Of a DNA stretch of 64,000 bases, positions 55,907 through 64,000 are shown in pieces. How positions within the stretch are numbered: position 1 is the stretch's first letter; each line of letters opens with the position of its first letter. The notes below the pieces were generated by a model. The model searched no databases and had not been told where the DNA came from. It worked only from the letters and a program-made list of their open reading frames with translations. The position numbers and the translations under genes are program-made. Source of the stretch: Minisyncoccota bacterium (GTDB lineage: Bacteria > Patescibacteriota > Minisyncoccia > UBA6257 > 2-01-FULL-56-20); NCBI GenBank assembly GCA_041664245.1, contig JBAYLC010000005.1:8695-72694 (forward strand). The letters are read 5' to 3'.

Positions 55907-56773
55907 ATGAAACTATTCACCAATTTTAAAAACAGCGTTTATTCGCCAAAGTTTTATTCCGAACTAAAAACCAAACCATTTTCATTTTCTTTTAAATATT
56001 ATTTTTCTCTTTCCCTTGTTCTCTCAATAATCCTCGCCTTTATTTTTTCTTACAATCTAATTCCCGTCGTCCACTCTTTTCTAGATAAATTTACCTCCGA
56101 AGCGGTTAGCTCCTTTCCTGCTGAATTGAAAATAGATATTAAAAACGGCCAAGCCACCTCCAATGTTGTTGAGCCGTATTTCATCAAAATCCCCAATTCT
56201 TTGAAAGCCGCTTCTTTAGGCGATAACAAGCCAGTCATCGAAAATCTTATCGTTATCGATACCAAAAACGATTTCACCGTTGATAAATTCAAAAGCTATA
56301 ACACCGCGACCTGGCTCACCAAAGACGCGATTATAATCGGCCCAAACGATGAGGATCTAAGAGTGACTAGTCTTCAAAGCGTTCCCGATATCACTATTGA
56401 TAAAAGTTTTGTTATCACTTTAGTCGACCGGTTAAAACCGCTTACGAATTGGCTAAGCCCAGTTTTGGTTTTTGGTTCTTTCATTATCGCTTTTCTACTA
56501 TTCCTCGTTAAGCTAATTTACGCCTTTTTGATGACGCTTTTTGTTATGGCTATTGGGAAAATAAAAAAAGTAAAATTAAATTATTGGGATTCCTATCGCA
56601 TTGTTCTTCACGCCATGAGCTTGAGTTTAATCTTCTACGTTCTTGGATTTATTTTCTTCCCTCGCGTTATATTTCTCTTTAGCATAATTCTTTTAGTAGT
56701 TGTCTGGTTAAATTTAAAACCCGAATCAATTTCCGAGCCTGCCGCCAACACAAAAATCGCCAAAAGTTATTAA
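55907..56773 (+). CDS. DUF1189-like membrane protein
   Basis: One N-terminal TM, external domain, three C-terminal TMs. Confidence 0.55.
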   Translation: MKLFTNFKNSVYSPKFYSELKTKPFSFSFKYYFSLSLVLSIILAFIFSYNLIPVVHSFLDKFTSEAVSSFPAELKIDIKNGQATSNVVEPYFIKIPNSLKAASLGDNKPVIENLIVIDTKNDFTVDKFKSYNTATWLTKDAIIIGPNDEDLRVTSLQSVPDITIDKSFVITLVDRLKPLTNWLSPVLVFGSFIIAFLLFLVKLIYAFLMTLFVMAIGKIKKVKLNYWDSYRIVLHAMSLSLIFYVLGFIFFPRVIFLFSIILLVVVWLNLKPESISEPAANTKIAKSY

Positions 56774-57465
56774 TGAATCATCCGTTTGGAAAAGTTATTA
56801 TTGTCTCTCTGGGAGGCTCTATAGTTTGTCCTGACGGCGTAGATGTTCCGTTTCTAAAAAAATTTAAAAAACTAGTTGAAGCTCAAATAAAAAAAGGAAC
56901 CAAGTTTGTGCTAATTATTGGTGGAGGCCGCATAAGCCGCGATTATCAAAACGCCGCCGGTGCGGTCTCTAGTGTTGTTGATGAAGATAAAGATTGGATC
57001 GGTATCCACGCCACCCGCTTAAATGCCCATCTTCTCCGGACGATTTTTCGGAATATGTGCGATCCAACAATTATCGATAGCCGCGAAAAAGTTAAAAAAT
57101 TAAAGTATCCAATTACCATCGGCGCCGGCTGGCGTCCGGGCTGGTCTACCGATTTTGTCACCGTTGCCACTGCCGCTGATTTGAAAATAAAAGAAGTAAT
57201 TTTTGCCGGCAAGCCGGAGTATGTCTACAACAAAGACAACCAGAAATTTAAGGATGCTATGCCGTTTGAAAAAATGAGCTGGCCGGAGTACAAAAAATTG
57301 ATTCCGGCAAAATGGAGTCCGGGTTTTCATTCACCAGTTGATCCTGTTGCCGCCCGCCTCGCCGAAAAAGCCAAAATTACCGGTATCGTTATTGGCGGCC
57401 GCGATCTAAAAAACTTTTCCAATCTTATCACCGGCAAAAATTTCAAAGGAACTACTATTAGTTGA
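56773..57465 (+). CDS. pyrH: UMP kinase, archaeal type
   Basis: SLGGS, IIGGG, DWIGIHATRLNA, GWRPGWSTD, PVDPVA, FKGT. Confidence 0.9.
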   Translation: MNHPFGKVIIVSLGGSIVCPDGVDVPFLKKFKKLVEAQIKKGTKFVLIIGGGRISRDYQNAAGAVSSVVDEDKDWIGIHATRLNAHLLRTIFRNMCDPTIIDSREKVKKLKYPITIGAGWRPGWSTDFVTVATAADLKIKEVIFAGKPEYVYNKDNQKFKDAMPFEKMSWPEYKKLIPAKWSPGFHSPVDPVAARLAEKAKITGIVIGGRDLKNFSNLITGKNFKGTTIS

Positions 57466-57501
57466 TAATAGGAAAGTAATACGGTAATCTCTAAAACGAA
57501 A

Positions 57502-57586
57502 GGAGGGTTCGCATAGTGGTCTAGTGCGCAGTCCTGGAAAGACTGTGTGGGGAAACCCACCGAGAGTTCGAATCTCTCACCCTCCG
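57502..57586 (+). tRNA. tRNA-Ser(GGA)
   Basis: Acceptor GGAGGGT/ACCCTCC, anticodon arm CAGTC-CTGGAAA-GACTG, long variable arm, GTTCGAATC; CCA not fully encoded. Confidence 0.96.
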
Positions 57587-57700
57587 CCTTGTACGGGACA
57601 AACCTCTCCCTGGTAATTTAGCCAGCCATCGCTTTAGCCCAAAAAATTTTCGTGGTAAAATTCCAATTATTAAGGAAAAACCTAGAATTTTAAAGATAGT

Positions 57701-58951
57701 ATGAGAAGAAATTTTAAGACATTTATAAATGAGTATTTTGTTTTCCCAAAAAACTTTGTTTTTACATTTTCTTTGTTAATATTTTTTTGGGCAATATTTG
57801 ATAGCATAATGTCGTACCTTACGCCGTTGCTGATAGAGGAGAACGGTTTTTCTAACAGTATGGTAGGGCTTATCATCGGCTCTTCTTCAATCACGGGTGC
57901 GCTTTTTGACTTTGCCATTTGTAGAATTTTTAAAAACACCGATTTTAGGCGGGTATTCCTGACCATGTTTGCGATCTGCTTAATCTATCCCTTGTTGCTC
58001 TGGCAATCAAAAACACTCTGGCTTTTTTTGTTAGCCATGGCGATCTGGGGCATATACTATGATCTGCATGGTTTTGGCATTTTTGATTTTATTGGGAGGC
58101 ATACAGAGAAAAAGGATCATTCGTCAAATTTTGGTATTATCCAAATATTTCAATCACTGGGAGTAATATTAGCACCGTTGATTGTTGGGTTTGTGATCGT
58201 TGACGCTATCGATTGGCGGGCCTTCTCGTTGGGTTGGATTTTTTTGATAGTAAGTTTTACTTTTTTTCTTACCCTTTTGATTTTTATGCGAAAACATCGG
58301 CCGACCGATGGTAATTTAGCTTATCCGCCCAGAAGAAAGAATTTTTTTACTGAACTTCATTTATGGAAAAAATTAGGGAAATTATTAACACCAGTTTTAC
58401 TTTTAACATTTTACTTGTTTTTTATAGATGCCTTTTTTTGGACATTAGCGCCGCTGTATGCTGAGGCCAGCAGTCTTGGAGAATTTGGCGGTTTATTTTT
58501 AACGGCCTACGCTTTGCCGGCTTTAATTGTTGGGTGGTTCGTGGGTAGCCTAACAAAGCGTTTCGGAAAAAAAAGAACGGCCTTCGTCGGATTACTGCTA
58601 GGTTCTTTAATTCTGTCGTCTTTTTCCTATCTGCCAAATCCTATTCTTTCAATCGTCATAGTTTTTGTAGCGTCATTATTTATAAGCATGTCTATGCCGG
58701 CAATAAACGCAGCTTACGCCGACTATATCTCTGAGGCGACACAGGTTGAGGGAGAAATTGAGGGTCTTGAAGATTTCGCCTTTAATATTGGGTATGTTTT
58801 GGGCCCGATTTCTGCCGGCGTGTTGGCTGACACTTTAGGAATGAAGGGCGCATTTAGTATTCTGGGATTATTGGGGGTGATATTAGCAGTTATTCTTTTA
58901 GTGGTAACTCCAAAAACCATAACAATAAAAACAAGGCCATCGGAATTGTAA
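57701..58951 (+). CDS. MFS transporter
   Basis: 12 TM pattern, LTKRFGKKR loop motif, GPISAGVLAD. Confidence 0.85.
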   Translation: MRRNFKTFINEYFVFPKNFVFTFSLLIFFWAIFDSIMSYLTPLLIEENGFSNSMVGLIIGSSSITGALFDFAICRIFKNTDFRRVFLTMFAICLIYPLLLWQSKTLWLFLLAMAIWGIYYDLHGFGIFDFIGRHTEKKDHSSNFGIIQIFQSLGVILAPLIVGFVIVDAIDWRAFSLGWIFLIVSFTFFLTLLIFMRKHRPTDGNLAYPPRRKNFFTELHLWKKLGKLLTPVLLLTFYLFFIDAFFWTLAPLYAEASSLGEFGGLFLTAYALPALIVGWFVGSLTKRFGKKRTAFVGLLLGSLILSSFSYLPNPILSIVIVFVASLFISMSMPAINAAYADYISEATQVEGEIEGLEDFAFNIGYVLGPISAGVLADTLGMKGAFSILGLLGVILAVILLVVTPKTITIKTRPSEL

Positions 58952-59010
58952 TTGGATTTTTGAAGTGGTACGCCGCTAGAATAAATACAGTCTCCAACTA
59001 ATAAAGTAAA

Positions 59011-59571
59011 ATGCCCCGTTGCTCCTGGCCCCAAAACGATCCGTTGATGATTGAGTACCACGATCGCGAGTGGGGTGTACCTTTGCGTCACGACCAAAAA
59101 CTATTTGAGTTTATGGTTCTTGATGCTTTCCAGGCCGGCCTAAGCTGGCGGACCGTTTTGCATAAACGGGAAAATTTCCGCCGCGCTTTTAATAATTTTG
59201 ATGTCGCAAAAATCGCCCGCTATAACGACGCTAAGTTTAAAAAACTCCTCGCTGATGCGGGCATCATCCGCAATCGAGCGAAAATAAAAGCCACTATTCA
59301 AAACGCTATTGTCTTTCAAGGAATTCAAAAAGAGTTTGGCTCGTTTAATAAATACATCTGGGGCTTTGTCGGCAATAAGCCAATTATCAATAAATGGAGA
59401 GCAGAAAAACAAATTCCTACCCACTCAAAAGAATCCGACGCCATGAGCATCGACCTCAAAAACAGTGGATTCAAATTCGTCGGCTCAACTATTTGTTATG
59501 CTTTTATGCAAGCCGCCGGTCTTGTGAACGACCACCTCGTTAGCTGTTTCCGCTATAAAGAATTAAAATAA
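59011..59571 (+). CDS. tag: DNA-3-methyladenine glycosylase I
   Basis: RCSW, YHDREWG, FQAGLSW, IIRNRAKI, GFKFVG, NDHLVSC. Confidence 0.96.
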   Translation: MPRCSWPQNDPLMIEYHDREWGVPLRHDQKLFEFMVLDAFQAGLSWRTVLHKRENFRRAFNNFDVAKIARYNDAKFKKLLADAGIIRNRAKIKATIQNAIVFQGIQKEFGSFNKYIWGFVGNKPIINKWRAEKQIPTHSKESDAMSIDLKNSGFKFVGSTICYAFMQAAGLVNDHLVSCFRYKELK

Positions 59572-59581
59572 GAAAAATTTT

Positions 59582-60718
59582 ATGTCTCGCATTATCGCCC
59601 ACTTAGATATGGACGCTTTTTTCGCCGCGATTGAAGAGCGCGACCGCCCGCGTCTTAAAGGCTTGCCTATTGTCATTGGCGCCGACCCCAAAGGCGGCCA
59701 TGGGCGAGGCGTAGTTTCAACGGCTAACTACAAAGCTCGCGAATATGGCATTCGTTCTGCTATTCCCATTAACCGCGCCTGGGAGTTTTCTGAAATTGCG
59801 CGCCAAGCCGGAAAGCCGCCCGCTGTTTTTTTAGGCGGCGATTATCACCACTATATCGAAGTTTCGGAGGAGATTTTTGCTGTTATAAAAAAATTCCTAG
59901 AGGAGGCTTGCCCGCCTAAATTTTCCGGAGAAAATTTTGAGCGGGGTGGTCTTGATGAAATTTATCTAGATATCAGCTTTACCGAAAATTTTAATGACGC
60001 CGGCAAGTTAATGAAAAAAATAAAATCCGAGATAAAAGAAAAAATTAAACTTTCTTCTTCTGTTGGAATTGGCCCCAACAAGCTAATCGCCAAAATCGCT
60101 TCAGATTATAAAAAGCCGGATGGGCTTACTATTATTACCCCCAAGGATGTCCAAAAATTTCTCGACCCGCTTCCAATTCGCAAGATTCCAGGGCTAGGCC
60201 CTAAAACAGAAATTCAATTAGAAAAAATTGGAATCAAAACCATCGCCGACCTTCGTAAAATTTCCGAAGAAAAAATGAGTAAGGATTTCGGCAAATGGGG
60301 GAGCGCGCTTTTTAGCCACGCTCGGGGCGAAGACGACAGTCCCGTCTCCAACGAGCGGGAAGTGAAATCAATCGGCGAGCAAGAAACTTTTGAAAAAGAC
60401 ACTCGCGATTCCGGTTTTATCACCGAACGGCTAGAATCCCTTTCGGCCTATGTTTTTAAAAGATTCAAAGAAAGCGGTTTTAAAACTTTTCGTTCTGTTA
60501 CTATAACGGTTCGTTTTTCTAATTTCGAAACAAAAAATCGCAGCCACACTTTCTCCCTACCCTTCGAAGATTCAGCGAAGAATGGTGAGACCAATCAAGG
60601 TCAGGCAATGTTGAAATTTGAAGCCTTGAAACTTCTTTTGCCATTTCTCGACACGCGGGAAAATCCTAAACGGCATCTAATTCGCCTGATCGGCATCCGT
60701 ATCGAAAAATTTTCGTAA
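59582..60718 (+). CDS. dinB: DNA polymerase IV (Y family)
   Basis: HLDMDAFFAAIE, STANYKAREYGI, LDEIYLD, AKIASD.KKPDG, RLIGI. Confidence 0.93.
   Translation: MSRIIAHLDMDAFFAAIEERDRPRLKGLPIVIGADPKGGHGRGVVSTANYKAREYGIRSAIPINRAWEFSEIARQAGKPPAVFLGGDYHHYIEVSEEIFAVIKKFLEEACPPKFSGENFERGGLDEIYLDISFTENFNDAGKLMKKIKSEIKEKIKLSSSVGIGPNKLIAKIASDYKKPDGLTIITPKDVQKFLDPLPIRKIPGLGPKTEIQLEKIGIKTIADLRKISEEKMSKDFGKWGSALFSHARGEDDSPVSNEREVKSIGEQETFEKDTRDSGFITERLESLSAYVFKRFKESGFKTFRSVTITVRFSNFETKNRSHTFSLPFEDSAKNGETNQGQAMLKFEALKLLLPFLDTRENPKRHLIRLIGIRIEKFS
59905..59945. repeat. Palindrome inserted in frame within dinB
   Basis: CCCGC-CT-AAATTTTC-CGGA-GAAAATTT-TGA-GCGGG, read as ACPPKFSGENFERG. Confidence 0.6.
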
Positions 60719-60748
60719 GGCACATGTTAATATGCTAAAATAATTAAC

Positions 60749-62329
60749 ATGGAAACAACAAATAGCTTTAATGATCCTATTGGTGCTGCGGTCGAACCAG
60801 CTAATCCCGTCCCACCTAGTCACTCGCATCTTTCAAAAAAATTAATTATTGCCTTTATAGCCGCCGGCGTCGTTATCGTTGGCGGCGCTGCTTTCGGTTT
60901 TACTTATTTTCAAAACGAAGACCCAAGCCAGGTTGTAAATAAAGCCGTTGCCAACTTGAGTAAAATTAAAAGCGAAGAATTTTCCATTGAGATTAAAAGT
61001 GAAATAAGCGATGGTTCATCAAAAACCGATAGTTTACCTCTGTCACTTTTGAGCAATAACAAAATTGTGGTTATTTTTTCCGCCCTTGGAGGTTTTGATA
61101 TTAACGACCAAGCCAATCCTAAGGTTTTTGCCAATCTAAAATTTGATGCGAAACAAGGAATAAAATATTCAGCCAACGTTGATTTAGACGGAAAATTTAT
61201 TGATAAAATCTTGTACTTAAAACCGAATAATCTTAACCTAGCGGATTTCTTTGGAGGCAGCGCTGCCACAAATCCCCTGGATCAATTTAAAGATAATTGG
61301 ATCAAAATTGACTTTAACAGCGCGAAGGAAAATATTTCTACCGAAGAAGAAAATTATCTTAAAAGCTATTTTGAAAAGTATCTTTCATCGAGCAAATTTA
61401 ACCAATTTGCTGATTCTCTCCAAAATTACCATCTTCTCATAGTCACTAAAAATTTCCCCAAAGAAAAAATGGAGGGAAATAATGTTAATCATTTTGCTTA
61501 TTCAATCAATAAAGATGAAGCAAAAAAGTGGTATCTGGATATGATGAATATCATGTCTGGTCAAACCGTTGGCGCAAGCCAATCCCAATATCTTACGAAA
61601 GCAGTGGACAAAACTTTTGATTCAATTGGAAATATTGATGGAGAAATTTGGATTGGTGATAAAGATTATTTTATCTATAAAATTTCCAGTGGCTATCAAA
61701 GCAATAGCACAAGTTCTTATACTCCATCCTATAATTTTTCTTCAACTATCTCTTATAAAAATCACAATAAGCCGATTAATGCTGATGTTCCAGCCCAATT
61801 TACCGATATTAAAGAAGTTATCACCGCCTTAATGGGGGATCAACTGGTTCAATCAAAAGACACAACTGTTTTCTCTGATCTTTCCACCCTTAACTCCGCT
61901 ATAGCTCTCTATCTCTCGGACGTTGCTAATCCGTATCTTTGCAAAGATAAAAATACTATTTACGCTACCTCTAAAATAACCGTTCCGCCGGGCTGGAAAT
62001 TGGGCTCCAATGCCGGCCGAGATAATGTTGACGGCACCGGTTGGATACCAGTCAATTTCACTTCAATTAGTACTGGTGCTCCAATTGCTCATCTTCCACT
62101 TCCACCAACAGATAAAAATTCAACCAGCACCGACAAAGAGGTCTACATCTTTGTCTGCGACCCGCAAATCCACACTTACGAGTTGAACGCCAAAATAAAA
62201 AGCGAGAAATTTGCTAGTAGTTCCGAAAAGGATGGTGGTGACGATCCTTACTCCTACGAAGTTGGCATTGCTCCCGGTTTAAAATTAATTCCCGGAAGCA
62301 TTTTGGATAAAATTAAAATTATTCCGTAA
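60749..62329 (+). CDS. Membrane-anchored protein: LppX/LprG-like beta domain fused to a CPR pilin-like head domain
   Basis: TM at ~aa 30-55; beta-rich region (DKILYLK, NWIKID, EIWIG); C-terminal SDLSTLNSAIALY...DGTGWIPVNF...YELNAK...DGG..YEVG. Confidence 0.6.
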   Translation: METTNSFNDPIGAAVEPANPVPPSHSHLSKKLIIAFIAAGVVIVGGAAFGFTYFQNEDPSQVVNKAVANLSKIKSEEFSIEIKSEISDGSSKTDSLPLSLLSNNKIVVIFSALGGFDINDQANPKVFANLKFDAKQGIKYSANVDLDGKFIDKILYLKPNNLNLADFFGGSAATNPLDQFKDNWIKIDFNSAKENISTEEENYLKSYFEKYLSSSKFNQFADSLQNYHLLIVTKNFPKEKMEGNNVNHFAYSINKDEAKKWYLDMMNIMSGQTVGASQSQYLTKAVDKTFDSIGNIDGEIWIGDKDYFIYKISSGYQSNSTSSYTPSYNFSSTISYKNHNKPINADVPAQFTDIKEVITALMGDQLVQSKDTTVFSDLSTLNSAIALYLSDVANPYLCKDKNTIYATSKITVPPGWKLGSNAGRDNVDGTGWIPVNFTSISTGAPIAHLPLPPTDKNSTSTDKEVYIFVCDPQIHTYELNAKIKSEKFASSSEKDGGDDPYSYEVGIAPGLKLIPGSILDKIKIIP

Positions 62330-62549
62330 CGTTGGGGATATCTTCCCTTGAAAGTTAAAATATAACGAACATAATGGAAACGTGGGAAGGGCGGAATAGG
62401 TAGTATATTTGCCAGAACGCATTGTGTTTTTTATAACGTAATTTTTTTGCGGTCTTTATCGGCCTCTCTTGACATCCAATTTTTAAAGGAAGAAAATACA
62501 ACTAAAGAAAAGGTCGGATTCAACATACTTTATTCTAGTATTTTTTATT

Positions 62550-62735
62550 ATGACCAAGAAAATCATTGTTTTCGCGATTGTTATTGTTGCTTTTGGGGTG
62601 ATGTTATTTGCGGGCTCTAATAAGGCGTTGGCATATAAGCACTCCCATCAATGTCGTATCGTAGGCAACATATTTGATCCGGGACCAGGGGAAGGTCAAG
62701 GACATGTTGTGTGTACAGATGTATACGCGTACTAA
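62550..62735 (+). CDS. Small secreted peptide with two Cys
   Basis: Signal peptide ending ALA; mature part with C...C; followed by a terminator. Confidence 0.55.
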   Translation: MTKKIIVFAIVIVAFGVMLFAGSNKALAYKHSHQCRIVGNIFDPGPGEGQGHVVCTDVYAY

Positions 62736-62762
62736 GTTCCGGGTATTAAAGTAATAACACAG

Positions 62763-62812
62763 TTCTATAAAATAAAAAGCGCCCCCATGGGAGCGCTTTT
62801 TATTTTATAGAA
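62763..62812. terminator. Terminator with perfect 20-bp arms
   Basis: TTCTATAAAATAAAAAGCGC-10 nt-GCGCTTTTTATTTTATAGAA. Confidence 0.8.
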
Positions 62813-62832
62813 GAGAACTCTTCTCTTCCTAT

Positions 62833-62870
62833 TTGACTTTTTTTAATATAAATATATAATGTAGCCAGTT
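62833..62870 (+). promoter_or_regulatory. Sigma70 promoter of the terminal orphan gene
   Basis: TTGACT-16 bp-TATAAT-GTAGCCAGTT. Confidence 0.6.
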
Positions 62871-62911
62871 ATTAACACTTGAAAATTTAACAAGAAAGGA
62901 AGGATAGAACA

Positions 62912-64000
62912 ATGGGAATCAGGCATCTTTTGGTGTTTCTGGCCGTAGCTCTGGTGGTAGTTATTCTTGTCTCTTCCTGTGCTTTTGTGAGTGTGGGAAG
63001 TCTTGAGTACGCCAAAAATCGGGCAGACGAAGCCACTTTTCTCAACAGTGTTTTCAAAAATTATGCTGTTGATGTTCCGGCTGATTCAATCGCGCAAGAT
63101 TCATTGCGAATGATGTTGCGAATAATTGAAATCATGGAAGGCAAAGACGACACCGTCTACTTCAGTAAATTACGGCGGATGAATCCGTTTACTGAGCCTC
63201 AAGTCGTTGACAGTCTCCTTCGGGTTTGGATATGTCGTCTTGATTTATTGTCAGGGCCGCAGACTCCGCAAAACGAAAAATGGGAAGAGCTCAAACGAAG
63301 AATTGTATTTTGTAATGAGCGCTACTATCCCCGTGAGAGTCATTTTGAATTTTGGGACGACATTCGGTCTCTGCTTGCAATTAAACTTGGCCCGCAGTTC
63401 AGTTCCTATGTTGTCACTAACATCTGTTGGGATCCCTATCAGGGGTATCTCACTCCCGAAAACACAAGGGGAAGATCGAAAAAAACTCCGACTTGTTTTA
63501 TCGACAATATGGAGTTTGATACTCCGGAAGGAGCGCAAAGGTTCGGCTGCGAGGGAGATATGTCGGATATGAGGGCTCACAACATAGTTCCGTATTCCGG
63601 TGATGTTTCCTCTATTGGTTCCGCAACTGATGTAGCGGCAATTGCCCAAAAGCAGATGATGAATCAAAAAGAGAAGATTATTGAATCCCCCGGTATTCTC
63701 GTGAATTTATTTCCTGATGTAGAAGAAGAGCTTGATATTCCAGCTTCTGTGACGATATTGCCGCAAGATACTGGATATCTTTGTCTTCTAGCCGGTGGTG
63801 TCGGGCAGGAAAAAGTAGAAGCGGATTCAAACAACCTCGCAAGTATTTCGTTCAAACGTCGGGCTCTGCGCGATCTTTCGATTCCTGAAGATCTACATCT
63901 TGATTTTGATAGTTCAACCGTGTTGTACAAAGCGAAACACATAAAGGGCTACTGTTATCCTTTTTCCTTCGTATATCCTTTGCCCGATTCAGGTAAGTAT
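62912..64000 (+). CDS. Orphan lipoprotein-like protein (3'-truncated by window; absent from ORF track)
   Basis: RBS AAGGAAGG, MGIRHLLVFLAVALVVVILVSS-C, frame open to the window end. Confidence 0.7.
   Translation, partial: MGIRHLLVFLAVALVVVILVSSCAFVSVGSLEYAKNRADEATFLNSVFKNYAVDVPADSIAQDSLRMMLRIIEIMEGKDDTVYFSKLRRMNPFTEPQVVDSLLRVWICRLDLLSGPQTPQNEKWEELKRRIVFCNERYYPRESHFEFWDDIRSLLAIKLGPQFSSYVVTNICWDPYQGYLTPENTRGRSKKTPTCFIDNMEFDTPEGAQRFGCEGDMSDMRAHNIVPYSGDVSSIGSATDVAAIAQKQMMNQKEKIIESPGILVNLFPDVEEELDIPASVTILPQDTGYLCLLAGGVGQEKVEADSNNLASISFKRRALRDLSIPEDLHLDFDSSTVLYKAKHIKGYCYPFSFVYPLPDSGKY

Noticed and set aside
57502-58951. Genomic island integrated at tRNA-Ser
   Set aside because: No integrase and no duplicated tRNA 3' end seen downstream.
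1041-61832. Numerous 60-140 aa antisense or out-of-frame ORFs nested in recognised genes
   Set aside because: Shadow ORFs without motifs or independent expression signals.
62861-62870. GTAGCCAGTT as the 3' end of a c-di-GMP-I riboswitch
   Set aside because: It sits immediately after a -10 box with no upstream aptamer stems.
63207-63942. Track ORFs 63207(+), 63251(-) and 63664(-)
   Set aside because: Shadows of the long open frame starting at 62912.

Overview
AT-rich bacterial window, standard code 11 (TGA is used as stop). It is most consistent with a Patescibacteria/CPR (Parcubacteria-like) genome; this is inferred from an archaeal-type PyrH, a tandem-domain ThyX, a CPR-type pilin head domain and mostly Shine-Dalgarno-less genes. 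Bases 203-42331 form one very large surface-glycan locus between rny and dsbA. It has an O-antigen-ligase-family transferase, a Wzx flippase, a WbaP-like priming transferase, seven glycosyltransferases and several NDP-sugar pathways: GDP-fucose, a His-for-Lys ColD-type deoxygenase with a ThDP branching pair, GDP-heptose, and C-/O-methylation. The most striking part is a nine-gene block (25656-33535) whose enzyme families match the GDP-octose part of lincosamide biosynthesis (LmbM/P/L/Z/R/N/K/O), with an SDR where the aminotransferase would be. An inverted HIT/IMPase/DMT/HAD cassette interrupts the locus. The last ~22 kb holds housekeeping genes (dsbA, trxB, CIRCE-groES/EL, thyX, lemA-htpX, pyrH, tRNA-Ser, tag, dinB). 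These are mixed with orphan genes carrying strong related promoters, candidate sRNA/small-peptide units, a MITE-like element, a four-helix-bundle gene bracketed by inverted 9-mer arrays, and a palindrome inserted in frame in dinB. All functional calls rest on motif recognition by eye; no searches were run.
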